A DNA stretch of 64,000 bases, taken from positions 178,938 through 242,937 of the forward strand of contig CBDBKM010000002.1 of NCBI GenBank assembly GCA_965206695.1, written 5' to 3'. The notes under the pieces were generated by a model. That model made no database searches and had not been told where the DNA came from. It saw only the letters and a list, made by a program, of their open reading frames with translations. Positions 53,400 through 64,000 of the stretch are shown here, in pieces. Origin of the DNA: Chlamydiales bacterium (lineage in GTDB: Bacteria; Chlamydiota; Chlamydiia; Chlamydiales; JAAZZY01). Both the position numbers and the translations under genes were made by a program. Positions within the stretch are counted from its first letter, which is position 1; every line of letters starts with the position of its first letter.

Positions 53400-54173
53400 T
53401 TAATAGGCGCCGGCATTTTGAGCTTCTGTAAAATTAGCCGAAGACTCGTATATATCCGGCAATTGAAGTGTTATTTTTGTCTTTAATTTGGGGATTGTAA
53501 TCTTGTACTTTTCAAATGGCTCATCATGCAACGGCGAGTTGGGGATTAGATACGCTTCCACAAGAATAATTTTTTGATGCTCGTCTCTTACCATAAGAAT
53601 TTTAAACATGTGTGTTGGAACCGAAACGCCATCCCCAATTTCTTCGTACGTTACAATGGATACGCCATTGCGTTCTTCCGATAAATATACCGACCCTGTT
53701 ACAACAAAGCCATCGCCGTTTGATTGTATGATCTGTTGCTGACAATAGTCTTCAAGGTGTAGGCATATGTTACTGTTCATATAAATATCTTGAGGACAGA
53801 TATTAGACAGCAAAAATGTTTGATTTGTTAAGTCTTGATTATTTTTATGATTACCTGATCCGGCATTATGACCTCTGGACCAACCCGATCCCCTATAATC
53901 CTTGTCCTTCGATCTTGAGGGTTGCAAAATCTCCGAGTCTGATCTGAATCGCTCCCTTTTAGCATCACCTATGAAATCGGATGCTACTAAGTGGTCAAAA
54001 ACCCACCTTGGAGATTTATGCTCACTGGAATATAGCAAGGTATATGCATCTCTTTCGATAAGCTGTTCCGGTTGGGGATAATATTGAGGGTAATCGTATG
54101 GTTTAGCAGATAGATAAACGAATGAAAAGACAAATAAGATTGACGAAATATAAAGTTTTATAATTGTGCTCAA
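53400..54173 (-). CDS. DNA/RNA non-specific endonuclease with signal peptide
   Basis: Y.GSGWSRGH, TF.LSNICPQ, VPTH.FK; hydrophobic N-terminus. Confidence 0.9.
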   Translation of the reverse strand: MSTIIKLYISSILFVFSFVYLSAKPYDYPQYYPQPEQLIERDAYTLLYSSEHKSPRWVFDHLVASDFIGDAKRERFRSDSEILQPSRSKDKDYRGSGWSRGHNAGSGNHKNNQDLTNQTFLLSNICPQDIYMNSNICLHLEDYCQQQIIQSNGDGFVVTGSVYLSEERNGVSIVTYEEIGDGVSVPTHMFKILMVRDEHQKIILVEAYLIPNSPLHDEPFEKYKITIPKLKTKITLQLPDIYESSANFTEAQNAGAY

Positions 54174-54378
54174 CGAATTTTATGTTTGCTGTTTTTTTTA
54201 ATAAACGGCTCAAAAGCATAAGAAGAAAAAGGATTAAAAAAAATCTTATTATGCAAAGTGGTGCGATTTTGCGCTAAAAAAGAAGGGTTGCCAACATTGA
54301 CAAACCTTAAATACGCGTGAAGCTCTATCAAAATAAGTTGGTATTAGTGAAGGAACTATCCATAAAACGAAAATATAA

Positions 54379-56146
54379 CCGACATTCCTAGACCGTAAGA
54401 TATTTTTTTTGAATTAGAATTATAGATTGCCTATCCTGTTACTTTTTATTTGATACAAGGAGAAAAGTTATGCCGGAAGTTGCAGGAGATAATATTCAAA
54501 CAGTGAACATGGATCACCATGGATTAATTGCAGCACTTTGCAGCGATCTAAAAGTAGCGGAAAGGATTGATACCGGATTAAAAAATCATCCACAAAGAAA
54601 AGTAAGTGCGGGACAGGCAGTAATTGCAATGATTCTGAATGGATTAGGGTTTACTAATAGACGTCTCTACCTAACACATCAATTTTTTGCTTCTAAATCG
54701 ATAGAGAATTTACTTGGCAACGATCTTCGAGCAGAAGATCTCACAGATTATACTTTAGGTCATGCTTTGGATGATATTGCGAAATATGGGAGCAGTAAAT
54801 TATTTGCTGAAGTTTCTTTTGGAATAGCCCTAGACCATGATTTACTACAAAAAACGCATCATCTAGATACAACAAGCTTTTCCGTTCATGGGTCGTATGA
54901 AGTGAAAGATGATCCGCAAGTGATTGAGATTAAGCAGGGTTATTCTAAAGATCATAGACCTGATTTGAAACAAGTTGTACTTTCTCTCGTTACCAATGGT
55001 CCGAGTTCTATGCCTCTATGGATGGAAGCCTTAGACGGCAATAGTTCTGATAAAGCAAGTTTTCATGAGACGCTCAAAAAAATCAGTGAATTTCAACAAC
55101 AGATTGATGTAAAAACAAAGTTGAAGTGGGTTGCCGATTCAGCGTTATACACAAAAGAAAAGCTCTTAAAAAATAATGATTATAAATGGCTCACCCGAGT
55201 TCCCGAGATAATAGGAGAAGCAAAAAGATTAGTAGAAAAACCGGAAGAAGAAATTGATTGGATTGATCAGGAGAAAGGATATAAAACATGCAGCTTCACC
55301 TCTTTTTATGGAGGGATTAAACAAAGATGGCTTTTGGTTTTTTCAGAGCAAGCCTATCAGAGAGAGATAAAATCATTAGAAAAAAAATTGACCAAGGCAG
55401 AAGAAAAGCTCAAGAAACAACTTTGGCATTTGGGTAATGAGGAATTTAAATGCGAAAGTGATGCTAAAAAAGCTTGGGGCAGATTGACTAAAAAAAATCA
55501 TTTATATTCCATGAATAGTGAGATATTGCCGATTCTAAAATATGGTAAATTAGGCAAACCTAAACAAGGAGAGGAAAAACAAGTTGTTGGATACAAGATT
55601 CATGCTAGCTTTGAAAGGGAAGAAGAAGAAATTAATAAACTGATGAATAGAAAAGGACGGTTTATTTTAGCTGCGAATGACACCGATAGAGAAAATTATA
55701 AAGATGAGATGATGTTAGAAGAATATAAAGAACAGCAAAAGGTTGAAGGAGGGTTTCGCTTTTTAAAAGATCCTTGGTTTATGGTTGATTCTATTTTTTT
55801 AAAAACCCCTCGACGCATTGAAGCATTAATGATGGTTATGACATTGTGTTTAATGGTTTATAATATCGGACAATATCAACTTCGACAAAAATTGATAGAA
55901 ACAGAAGAGACATTACCCAACCAATTAGGAAAGGAAGTCAAAAATCCAACATTAAGATGGATTTTCCAAATTATGGAAGGTATCGGAATAATCCGTTTTT
56001 TTCAGAAGACTTCCCGGAGAATTTGTAAAGAAATGATCACAAATTTAACCCGTCTTCGGAAAAAGATTATTGTTTTGTTTGGAAAGACTGCAATGAGGAT
56101 GTATGGCTTAATTAGAAAAACTTGTTTAGAGGTCTAGGAATGTCGG
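54379..56146 (+). mobile_element. IS1634-family element copy 2 (transposase 54470-56137)
   Basis: Same IRs; flanks ATATAA/TTTTAA are not a TSD. Confidence 0.95.
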
Positions 56147-56368
56147 TTTTAAAACCAAACACCTCCAAATCCCTATTATTGATTCAAATAATATTTTTTC
56201 TTTTGAGCAAGCTTTTGAAGCTTATCAAGCTTCTCTTGAAAAAAATGCCGGTAGGATTCTATTAAAGATGCTTCCTTACTGAATTTAAATCCCTTATATA
56301 TAAGAAAGTACTTGACCTCATATCTATCTGTTCCTTAAAATACTTGCACCATAAAACATCAACCAAAC

Positions 56369-56439
56369 GGTGGCATAGCCAAGCGGTAAGGCAGGGGCCT
56401 GCAAAGCCTTTATCCCCAGTTCGAATCTGGGTGCCACCT
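56369..56439 (+). tRNA. tRNA-Cys(GCA)
   Basis: GGTGGCA/TGCCACC acceptor stem, anticodon loop CT-GCA-AA, GTTCGAATC T-loop; CCA not encoded. Confidence 0.95.
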
Positions 56440-56452
56440 CATTTCTTTTATA

Positions 56453-57387
56453 TAGTATTTTAATTTTTATTTGATAATATGTTATCCTTCTTTTTTTATA
56501 CAAACAGTAAGGACAAAACAATGCCTAGAGCCTATTCAGTAGATCTTCGAGAGAAAGTATTACAACATATAGAAAAACATCATGATAAAAAAACAGCCGG
56601 CCATATTTTTCAAGTAGGTATCGCAACAATATATCGATGGATCTTGCAAAAAAAGCAAAAAGGACATTTAAAGCCAATCCGCAGAAAATATGCTTATAAG
56701 AAATTAGATGATGAGTTGTTATCTAAATATGTAGAAAAACATCCGGATTATTTTTTATCGGAAATTGCTGATTATTTTTCAGTCACTCCGCAAACGATTT
56801 TTTATGCCCTTAAAAGATTAAAAATTACACGAAAAAAAAAACTACTCGCTATAAGGAAAGAGATGAAAAGAAACGGGAAGCTTTTATGAAAAATTTAAAA
56901 AATATTCCCTTTGACAAGAGAATTTATCTCGATGAAACCGGGATTCATCAATTTTTATTTCGTGAGTCCGGAAGAAGCTTACGCGGCAAAAAAGTTTTTG
57001 GAGCGGTTTCAGGAAACCGCTTTATAAGGCAAAATATTATTTCAGCCCTATCTAAAGGGCAGTTTTTATCTCCAATGTGTTTTGAAGGTACTTGTAATAC
57101 CGGGTTATTCAATATTTGGCTTAAGGAAGTTTTGACTCCTCAGCTTACACCCGGTAGTGTTCTTATTCTTGACAATGCCGGTTTTCACAAGTCAGCGGAA
57201 AGCAGGAAAACAGTAGAATCTGCCGGTTGTAAGCTTATGTTTCTTCCTCCCTATTCTCCGGACTTAAATCCTATAGAAAAATATTGGGCTAATATGAAAA
57301 ATAAAGTTAGAGAGATATTACGAAAAGTTACGAATTTTAAATTCGCCATTGATCAAGCAATCTTATCAATGTAAAATTAAATGACTA
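56453..57387 (+). mobile_element. IS630-family element type 1, copy 2
   Basis: Near-identical to 38529-39463; TA TSD at 56451-52 and 57388-89. Confidence 0.93.
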
Positions 57388-57388
57388 T

Positions 57389-58207
57389 ATGGTGCTTTAC
57401 CTTGTAGCAACTCCTATTGGTAATTTAAAAGACATAACCTTAAGAGCTATCGATACCCTTAAGAGTTGTGACTATATTCTATGTGAAGACACAAGGCACA
57501 GCCTTACTCTACTCAATCACTACGACATCAAAAGACCTGTATTGAGTTACCATAAGTTTAATGAAAAAGAGCGAGAAAAAAAACTATTAGAAGACCTTAG
57601 CAAAGGCAAGCAAATCGCGCTTATTTCTGATGCGGGGACTCCAACTATTGCTGATCCCGGAATGAATTTAGTAGCAACATGTCGTCATCATGGGTATCAA
57701 GTCATTGGTATTCCGGGGGCTTGTTCTCTTATTCAAGGTTTAATTGCTTCCGGATTTAACACTGAGCGCTTTCAATTTATTGGTTTTCTTCCTAAGCCTG
57801 AACAACAACTCAAACAAACTTTAATCGACTGCTTGCAATATTCCGGCACCACTATTTCTTATGAATCATCTAGACGAATAGAAAAAACGCTTACTCTTTT
57901 ACATACACTAGCCCCTGATAGTGACGTTGCTATTGCAAGAGAATTGACAAAGAAATTTGAAGAATATCAAAAAGGAAACGTCAAAGAAATGCTGGATAAA
58001 CTTATCGAAAACCCTATTAAAGGCGAGATCGTCTTACTTATTGCTCCGCGTTTAAATGTCCAAAATGATTGGCAACAAATAGATCCTTTAGAACACGTCT
58101 TATTTTTAGAAACAACATACGCTATATCGCGTATGGAAGCGATTAAATTGACAGCGAATATGCGAGGCGTACCTAAAAGAGAGATTTATGAGGCAACGAT
58201 ATCATGA
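57389..58207 (+). CDS. rsmI: 16S rRNA (cytidine1402-2'-O)-methyltransferase
   Basis: LYLVATPIGNL.DIT.RA, EDTR, SDAGTP.I.DPG, RELTKKFEE. Confidence 0.96.
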   Translation: MVLYLVATPIGNLKDITLRAIDTLKSCDYILCEDTRHSLTLLNHYDIKRPVLSYHKFNEKEREKKLLEDLSKGKQIALISDAGTPTIADPGMNLVATCRHHGYQVIGIPGACSLIQGLIASGFNTERFQFIGFLPKPEQQLKQTLIDCLQYSGTTISYESSRRIEKTLTLLHTLAPDSDVAIARELTKKFEEYQKGNVKEMLDKLIENPIKGEIVLLIAPRLNVQNDWQQIDPLEHVLFLETTYAISRMEAIKLTANMRGVPKREIYEATIS

Positions 58208-58900
58208 TCAATATTGTGTGTGCTTTTTTATCAGAAGCGAAACCTCTAATTGATACCCTATATTTACAAGAATAACATTTACAAGAATAACCTTCTACCG
58301 GCTCCTTTCGCATCTTTTCTAAAGACGATATTTCGTTAATTATATCCGGAATGGGGAAAGAAGCCGCAAGTGCTTCTATAGGTTATCTGAACGGTTAAAA
58401 AAAAATGAAGCCCGGCTTAATATTGGTGTTGCCGGACATGCAACTTTTTCTTTAGGTCAAGGTTATTTAGCTTCTAAAATTACAGACGAGCATACCGATC
58501 AAATTTTTTATCCACCCTTTTTGTTTAAAGGAGGCTATTTAAGAGAGCCTCTTATAACAGTTGAAAAGCCTGAAAAAGAATCCGAATGTGCTTCTCTATA
58601 TGATATGGAGGCTTCGGCTTTTTTTTTACCGCTACTAGATTTTCTTCTTTAGAACTCATTCAAACATACAAAGTTATCTCCGATAATCTTGCCAATCCAA
58701 TAGAGAAGAAAAACTATAAAAAAGCTTCTGCTTTAATACGGCAGCATATTCCGGCAATAAAAGAGTTGATTTTAAAACTACGATCTTTTGCAAAAAGATT
58801 ACACCCCTTGATAATAGGGAACCTAAAAACTATCAATCTTGTTTAAAAAAATAGCATTTTACTGAAACTGAAAAGCATCACCTTAAGTCTTTATTACAAC
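58204..58900 (+). pseudogene. Nucleoside phosphorylase/MTA-SAH nucleosidase-like pseudogene
   Basis: A...EAKPLI, SGMGK, LNIGVAG, YDMEASA, KVISD motifs in broken frames; 15-bp tandem duplication at ~58262-58291. Confidence 0.7.
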
Positions 58901-58914
58901 GACACGACATACAT

Positions 58915-59075
58915 TGCCCGCACGACTCTCTTTTGCGCTTCTAAATTTGCCTTTCGTGATTTTGCACAAGCTCTAAGAGAAGAGTGTGCCTCCGGAAAAA
59001 TCCGAGTCTGTCTCATCAACCTCGGTATGGTAAAAACGCCTTTCTTTAATTGCCTGAATTTTAGCCCCGGTATAA
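58915..59075 (+). pseudogene. SDR C-terminal fragment
   Basis: CASKFA.R.FAQALREEC...IRV..IN.GMVKT.FF. Confidence 0.65.
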
Positions 59076-59343
59076 GATGGGGAAAACTATTGCCTTTGAA
59101 AAAGGTTATTCAATTCACATCCCTTATAAATATAGGAACATCTGATTAATAAGGTTTTTTTAAAGAGAGCGGTTTAGAAAAAAAGGATTTGGTACTTAAC
59201 AAGATTTTCTTAGTCAAATATTAGGTTTTGACCGAAATTAAAATAATTATTTGATGCTTTTGACAATAAGAGTCCGGCATTATGGAATAATTTAAAATAT
59301 ATTTTTTAAGCACTTATTCACTTAATCTAAGCACTTATTCACT

Positions 59344-59418
59344 TATCCTTATGCACACACTCTCATAAAAAGCGTTTGATTCTATAGCCTGCTTAGTAGA
59401 AGGTGCGCCTCAGGTCAG
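59344..59418. mobile_element. Degenerate copy of the 76-bp MITE
   Basis: Colinear with 3640-3715 (ACACACTCTCATAAA...TTGATTCT.TAGC.TGCTTA); IRs eroded; preceded by ~21-bp tandem repeat. Confidence 0.7.
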
Positions 59419-59567
59419 TAATAATTTTAAATTTTAATTAATATTTCTTGAAAAATACCTCTTTATGAAATGGTACTTCGTATATTTTCCTGCTAATTCA
59501 GTAATAAATGACTTGCTTCATATGAGTTCATTAAGATAAGATCCTTCTCGATTAGGGGATAAATGCT

Positions 59568-60407
59568 ATGAATCACGATAAAATGTCGCATATTATAGAT
59601 GTTGCTATTACTGAAGATATCCGCTCCGGTGATATAACTTCGGAAGCTTGTATTACCACTGAAGCTATTATTGAAGGAACCTTTGTTCTCAAACAAAGAG
59701 CATGTATTGCCGGGCTTCCTTTCATAAAGTTGCTTTTCCAAAGGGTCGATCCCAAAATAGAAGTTCAATTATTTGTTAATGACGGTACGGAACATAAAGC
59801 AGGTACCATTTTAGGAAAAGTTAAGGGACCTGCACAAGGTATTTTTAGTGCGGAGAGAAGCGCTCTTAATCTTCTTCAACATGCATCAGGTATTGCAACA
59901 ATCACCCGAGCCTTCGTCAATAAAATTGAAGGTTGTAAATGTGATATTTTAGATACAAGAAAAACGCTTCCGGGTCTTCGTTATCTGGAAAAATATTCTG
60001 TAAGAATGGGGGGAGGCACCAATCATCGTTATGCTTTAGATGACCGCTTTATTATTACCAACCACCATCTTTCCTTTCTCGGTAAAAAGGCAACCACTCC
60101 CATTATTGAAGCAGTTAAACGATGTCGAAAGTACCGAAATAATCTAAAAGTAGAAGTAGAAGTAGAAGCGCTACAACAGGTAGAAGATGCTTTAGATGCC
60201 CAAGCGGATATTATTCGCCTTGAGAATATGACTGTACCCAAGGCAAAGCATGCGGTAAAAATGATTGATGGTCGTGCTTATGTGGAACTGGGTGGTGAGA
60301 TTTCATTAAGCACTATTAGAGCATACGCTGAGATCGGTATTGATGGTATTTCCATTAGTTCTTTAACCGATTCAGTACAAGCTATTGATCTACGTCTCAG
60401 ATTTTAA
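59568..60407 (+). CDS. nadC: Quinolinate phosphoribosyltransferase-like protein
   Basis: ED...GDITS, ER.ALN.LQ..SGIAT, DTRKT.PGLR, NHR..L; some catalytic motifs diverged. Confidence 0.85.
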   Translation: MNHDKMSHIIDVAITEDIRSGDITSEACITTEAIIEGTFVLKQRACIAGLPFIKLLFQRVDPKIEVQLFVNDGTEHKAGTILGKVKGPAQGIFSAERSALNLLQHASGIATITRAFVNKIEGCKCDILDTRKTLPGLRYLEKYSVRMGGGTNHRYALDDRFIITNHHLSFLGKKATTPIIEAVKRCRKYRNNLKVEVEVEALQQVEDALDAQADIIRLENMTVPKAKHAVKMIDGRAYVELGGEISLSTIRAYAEIGIDGISISSLTDSVQAIDLRLRF

Positions 60408-60484
60408 CATTTTTTTTAACTTCATTTCTTATCAGAAATGAAAAAAAGTTATTAACCAAAAAACTATTTAAGGAGTACAAGAGA

Positions 60485-62077
<1,593 letters not shown>

Positions 62078-62100
62078 AAAGCTTCTTTTAAAAATAATTT

Positions 62101-62131
62101 AGCCCCAAAAATAATTTTGGGGCTTTTTTTT
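62101..62131 (+). terminator. Rho-independent terminator after groEL
   Basis: AGCCCCAAAA-TAA-TTTTGGGGCT stem followed by T run. Confidence 0.8.
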
Positions 62132-62417
62132 ATGAAATCTTTCGTGAACGATGGCGCGTTGTAGTACTACGTGTTTCTAAATCTCGTTGCCAATGTCGTT
62201 TTCTTTTAAGCGGTTTAACATTTACACCTTCATAATAATCTACGGCAATTTTGGGTAAAGCATTATCTAGTAATAAATCTAAAGCTAAAATCATTGCATA
62301 ACCTCGAGCAATCATTTTGATACGTGCTCTTTTTTTTGTATACAATGCTTCTTCTTGCCTAGTTGCAATAATTACCTTCTTTTGAATCTTTTTTTTATGA
62401 TGAGGAATATCTTTCAT
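62130..62417 (-). CDS. Small basic hypothetical protein
   Basis: AAGGAGG RBS upstream of ATG; Lys/Arg rich. Confidence 0.6.
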   Translation of the reverse strand: MKDIPHHKKKIQKKVIIATRQEEALYTKKRARIKMIARGYAMILALDLLLDNALPKIAVDYYEGVNVKPLKRKRHWQRDLETRSTTTRHRSRKIS

Positions 62418-62619
62418 TCCTAACCTCCTTACATCAAGAAAATATTTTACTTCCTTATGCTCATTGTAGTAGAAAATTATTTAAATTTCAAGTATTTTAC
62501 TAGCCGAACAAGAAATAAGTATCTTATATTTAATTATTTAAGAAATAATCTTTAGTTGCATTTACCTGAAAAGAAAATTGATTTATAATACAACCTCTTT
62601 ACTCGTAAACCATTAGATA

Positions 62620-63530
62620 ATGCCAACACATTCTTCATCTCAAGTCCTTAACCTTGTTATCCTTTCAGACTTTCATTTCTTTCATTTTCACTTGGATTTC
62701 AAGGGATTTTTATCTAAATGCCTCTTAGCCAACCTCAACCATCTGTTCCGTCGCAAATCCGGAGAACAACAGAGTAAGCCCTTAGAAACCTTGATTGACT
62801 ACCTTAATTCCAAAGAGGTTACTAAGGCTTTGCTTTGTGGAGATATGACTACCTCATCCTTAATAGAAGAATATTCTATGGCCAGAGCATTTGTAACCAA
62901 GCTACAAGACCTTGGTTTAAAGATTTATCCCATTCCCGGAAATCATGATGTCTATACAAAACAAGCTGAGAAACAAAAACGTTTTTATCATTTTTTTGAA
63001 CCTCCTTTTCTATCCCCACATGAAGCTAAGCCCAAGTTTTCTCTGGAAAAAGACCGCATTAGCATAAGAGAATTAAATAACACATGGACATGGATTGGAT
63101 TAGATACTTGTGTTGCAACCCCTCTCTTTTCTTCAAGAGGTTATTTTTCTCCTGCCTTAGAAAAAAAACTAACACAAACTCTCAATGATCTTCCTCAGGA
63201 TAAACCTATTATCTTAATGAATCATTTTCCTTTGATTAATGAAGGACGCCCCAAAAGACATACGATGAAAAGGGCAGAGACTCTACAAAAGCTTTTAAAA
63301 AGCTCATCCAAATGTTTTAATCTATCTAAATGGACATACCCACCACCCTCAAATTCTTGACGGATCTAATAAAACATTACCTCTAATGATTTATTCCGGA
63401 AGTTGTACCCAGACTAATTCTCCCGGCATTACCTTTCTTAAATTAAAAGAAAGAGTATGTATGATAACATTTGCCTCTTGGATAAATGAGCAATGGGAAA
63501 CAAAGAAAGAAATCACATATCATCTTTAAT
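62620..63530 (+). pseudogene. Metallophosphoesterase, frameshifted near 63300
   Basis: SD.H, GD, PGNHD, NHFP; final YLNGHTH motif is in another frame. Confidence 0.75.
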
Positions 63531-63552
63531 GTTTTTTTGACATATTGACAAT

Positions 63553-64000
63553 ATGACAAAAATTAAAAACGAACGTTTTAAGTGCGCTTTGGTTACCGGA
63601 GCTTGTGGAGGAATAGGCAAAGCTCTTTGTACAATCTTGCTGGAAAATAATATCCCCTTAATTATTTCCGGTAGAAACGCTAAAGTCTTACAGGCACTTA
63701 AAAATTCACTACCGGTAAACAAAAATATTATTTCCATACCATGCGATTTAAATAATAAAAAGGATCGATCTCATTTTATTAAAAGCCATTGAAGATCATA
63801 AGCCTGATCTTGTGATTAATAATGCAGGCTTAGGTCTTTATGGACATCCTTTAGACTTTAAAATAGAAAAACAAATAGAAATCCTTGAAATCAATATTTT
63901 AGCTCTTACAGAAATTACCTTACACACTGCTAAGGTATTAAAAGATCAGAAACAACAAGGAGTGATTTTAAATATTTCTTCCATCGTAGCTTTTATACCT
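63553..64000 (+). pseudogene. SDR oxidoreductase, frameshifted near 63785, runs off window
   Basis: TGACGGIG, then PDLVINNAG.G and ILNISSI in another frame. Confidence 0.75.

Noticed and set aside
49220..56146. Composite transposon bounded by inverted IS1634 copies
   Set aside because: Copy 1 has its own TSD (independent insertion) and the outer flanks TAACAT/TTTTAA do not match.
56324..56521. 65-aa ORF on minus strand
   Set aside because: Antisense to tRNA-Cys and an IS end; spurious.
59307..59348. Tandem repeat TAAGCACTTATTCACTTA x2 as a CRISPR remnant
   Set aside because: Two adjacent units with no spacers and no cas genes; simple duplication.

Overview
AT-rich (roughly one-third GC) bacterial chromosome segment, very probably from an environmental member of the Chlamydiae. 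The evidence is the chlamydia-type gene set (uvrC-Asp23, rpsN-rpmJ, cysS/lysS, priA, rnpA-rpmH, aas, fabF-NUDIX-rsfS, miaA, Pgp5/Pgp6-like pair, orphan GroEL paralogue). The genome is in an IS-expansion and pseudogenisation phase, with about 15 elements or remnants of the IS5, IS1380, IS701, IS200/IS605 (tnpA/tnpB), IS30, IS630, IS1634 and IS3 families, often nested, plus many decayed genes (azlC, xfp, cutA, yciH, a Bcr-type MFS, a nucleosidase). Main observations: (1) a pervasive directional mutation bias that creates CCGG, repeatedly destroying conserved Trp/Arg/Leu codons in IS elements and pseudogenes while essential genes keep CTGG; (2) a 330-bp, ~46% GC insert with TGTTGG...CCAACA ends in azlC that looks like a eukaryotic solo LTR; (3) an IS605/TnpB family whose TAM (TTAT), ends and three guides can be read from the sequence, including an omega-RNA-only mini element; (4) a 76-bp MITE sharing ends and a 7-bp TSD with the resident IS701 element; (5) a probable integrated chlamydial plasmid remnant. 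All calls come from reading the sequence; no database searches were run.
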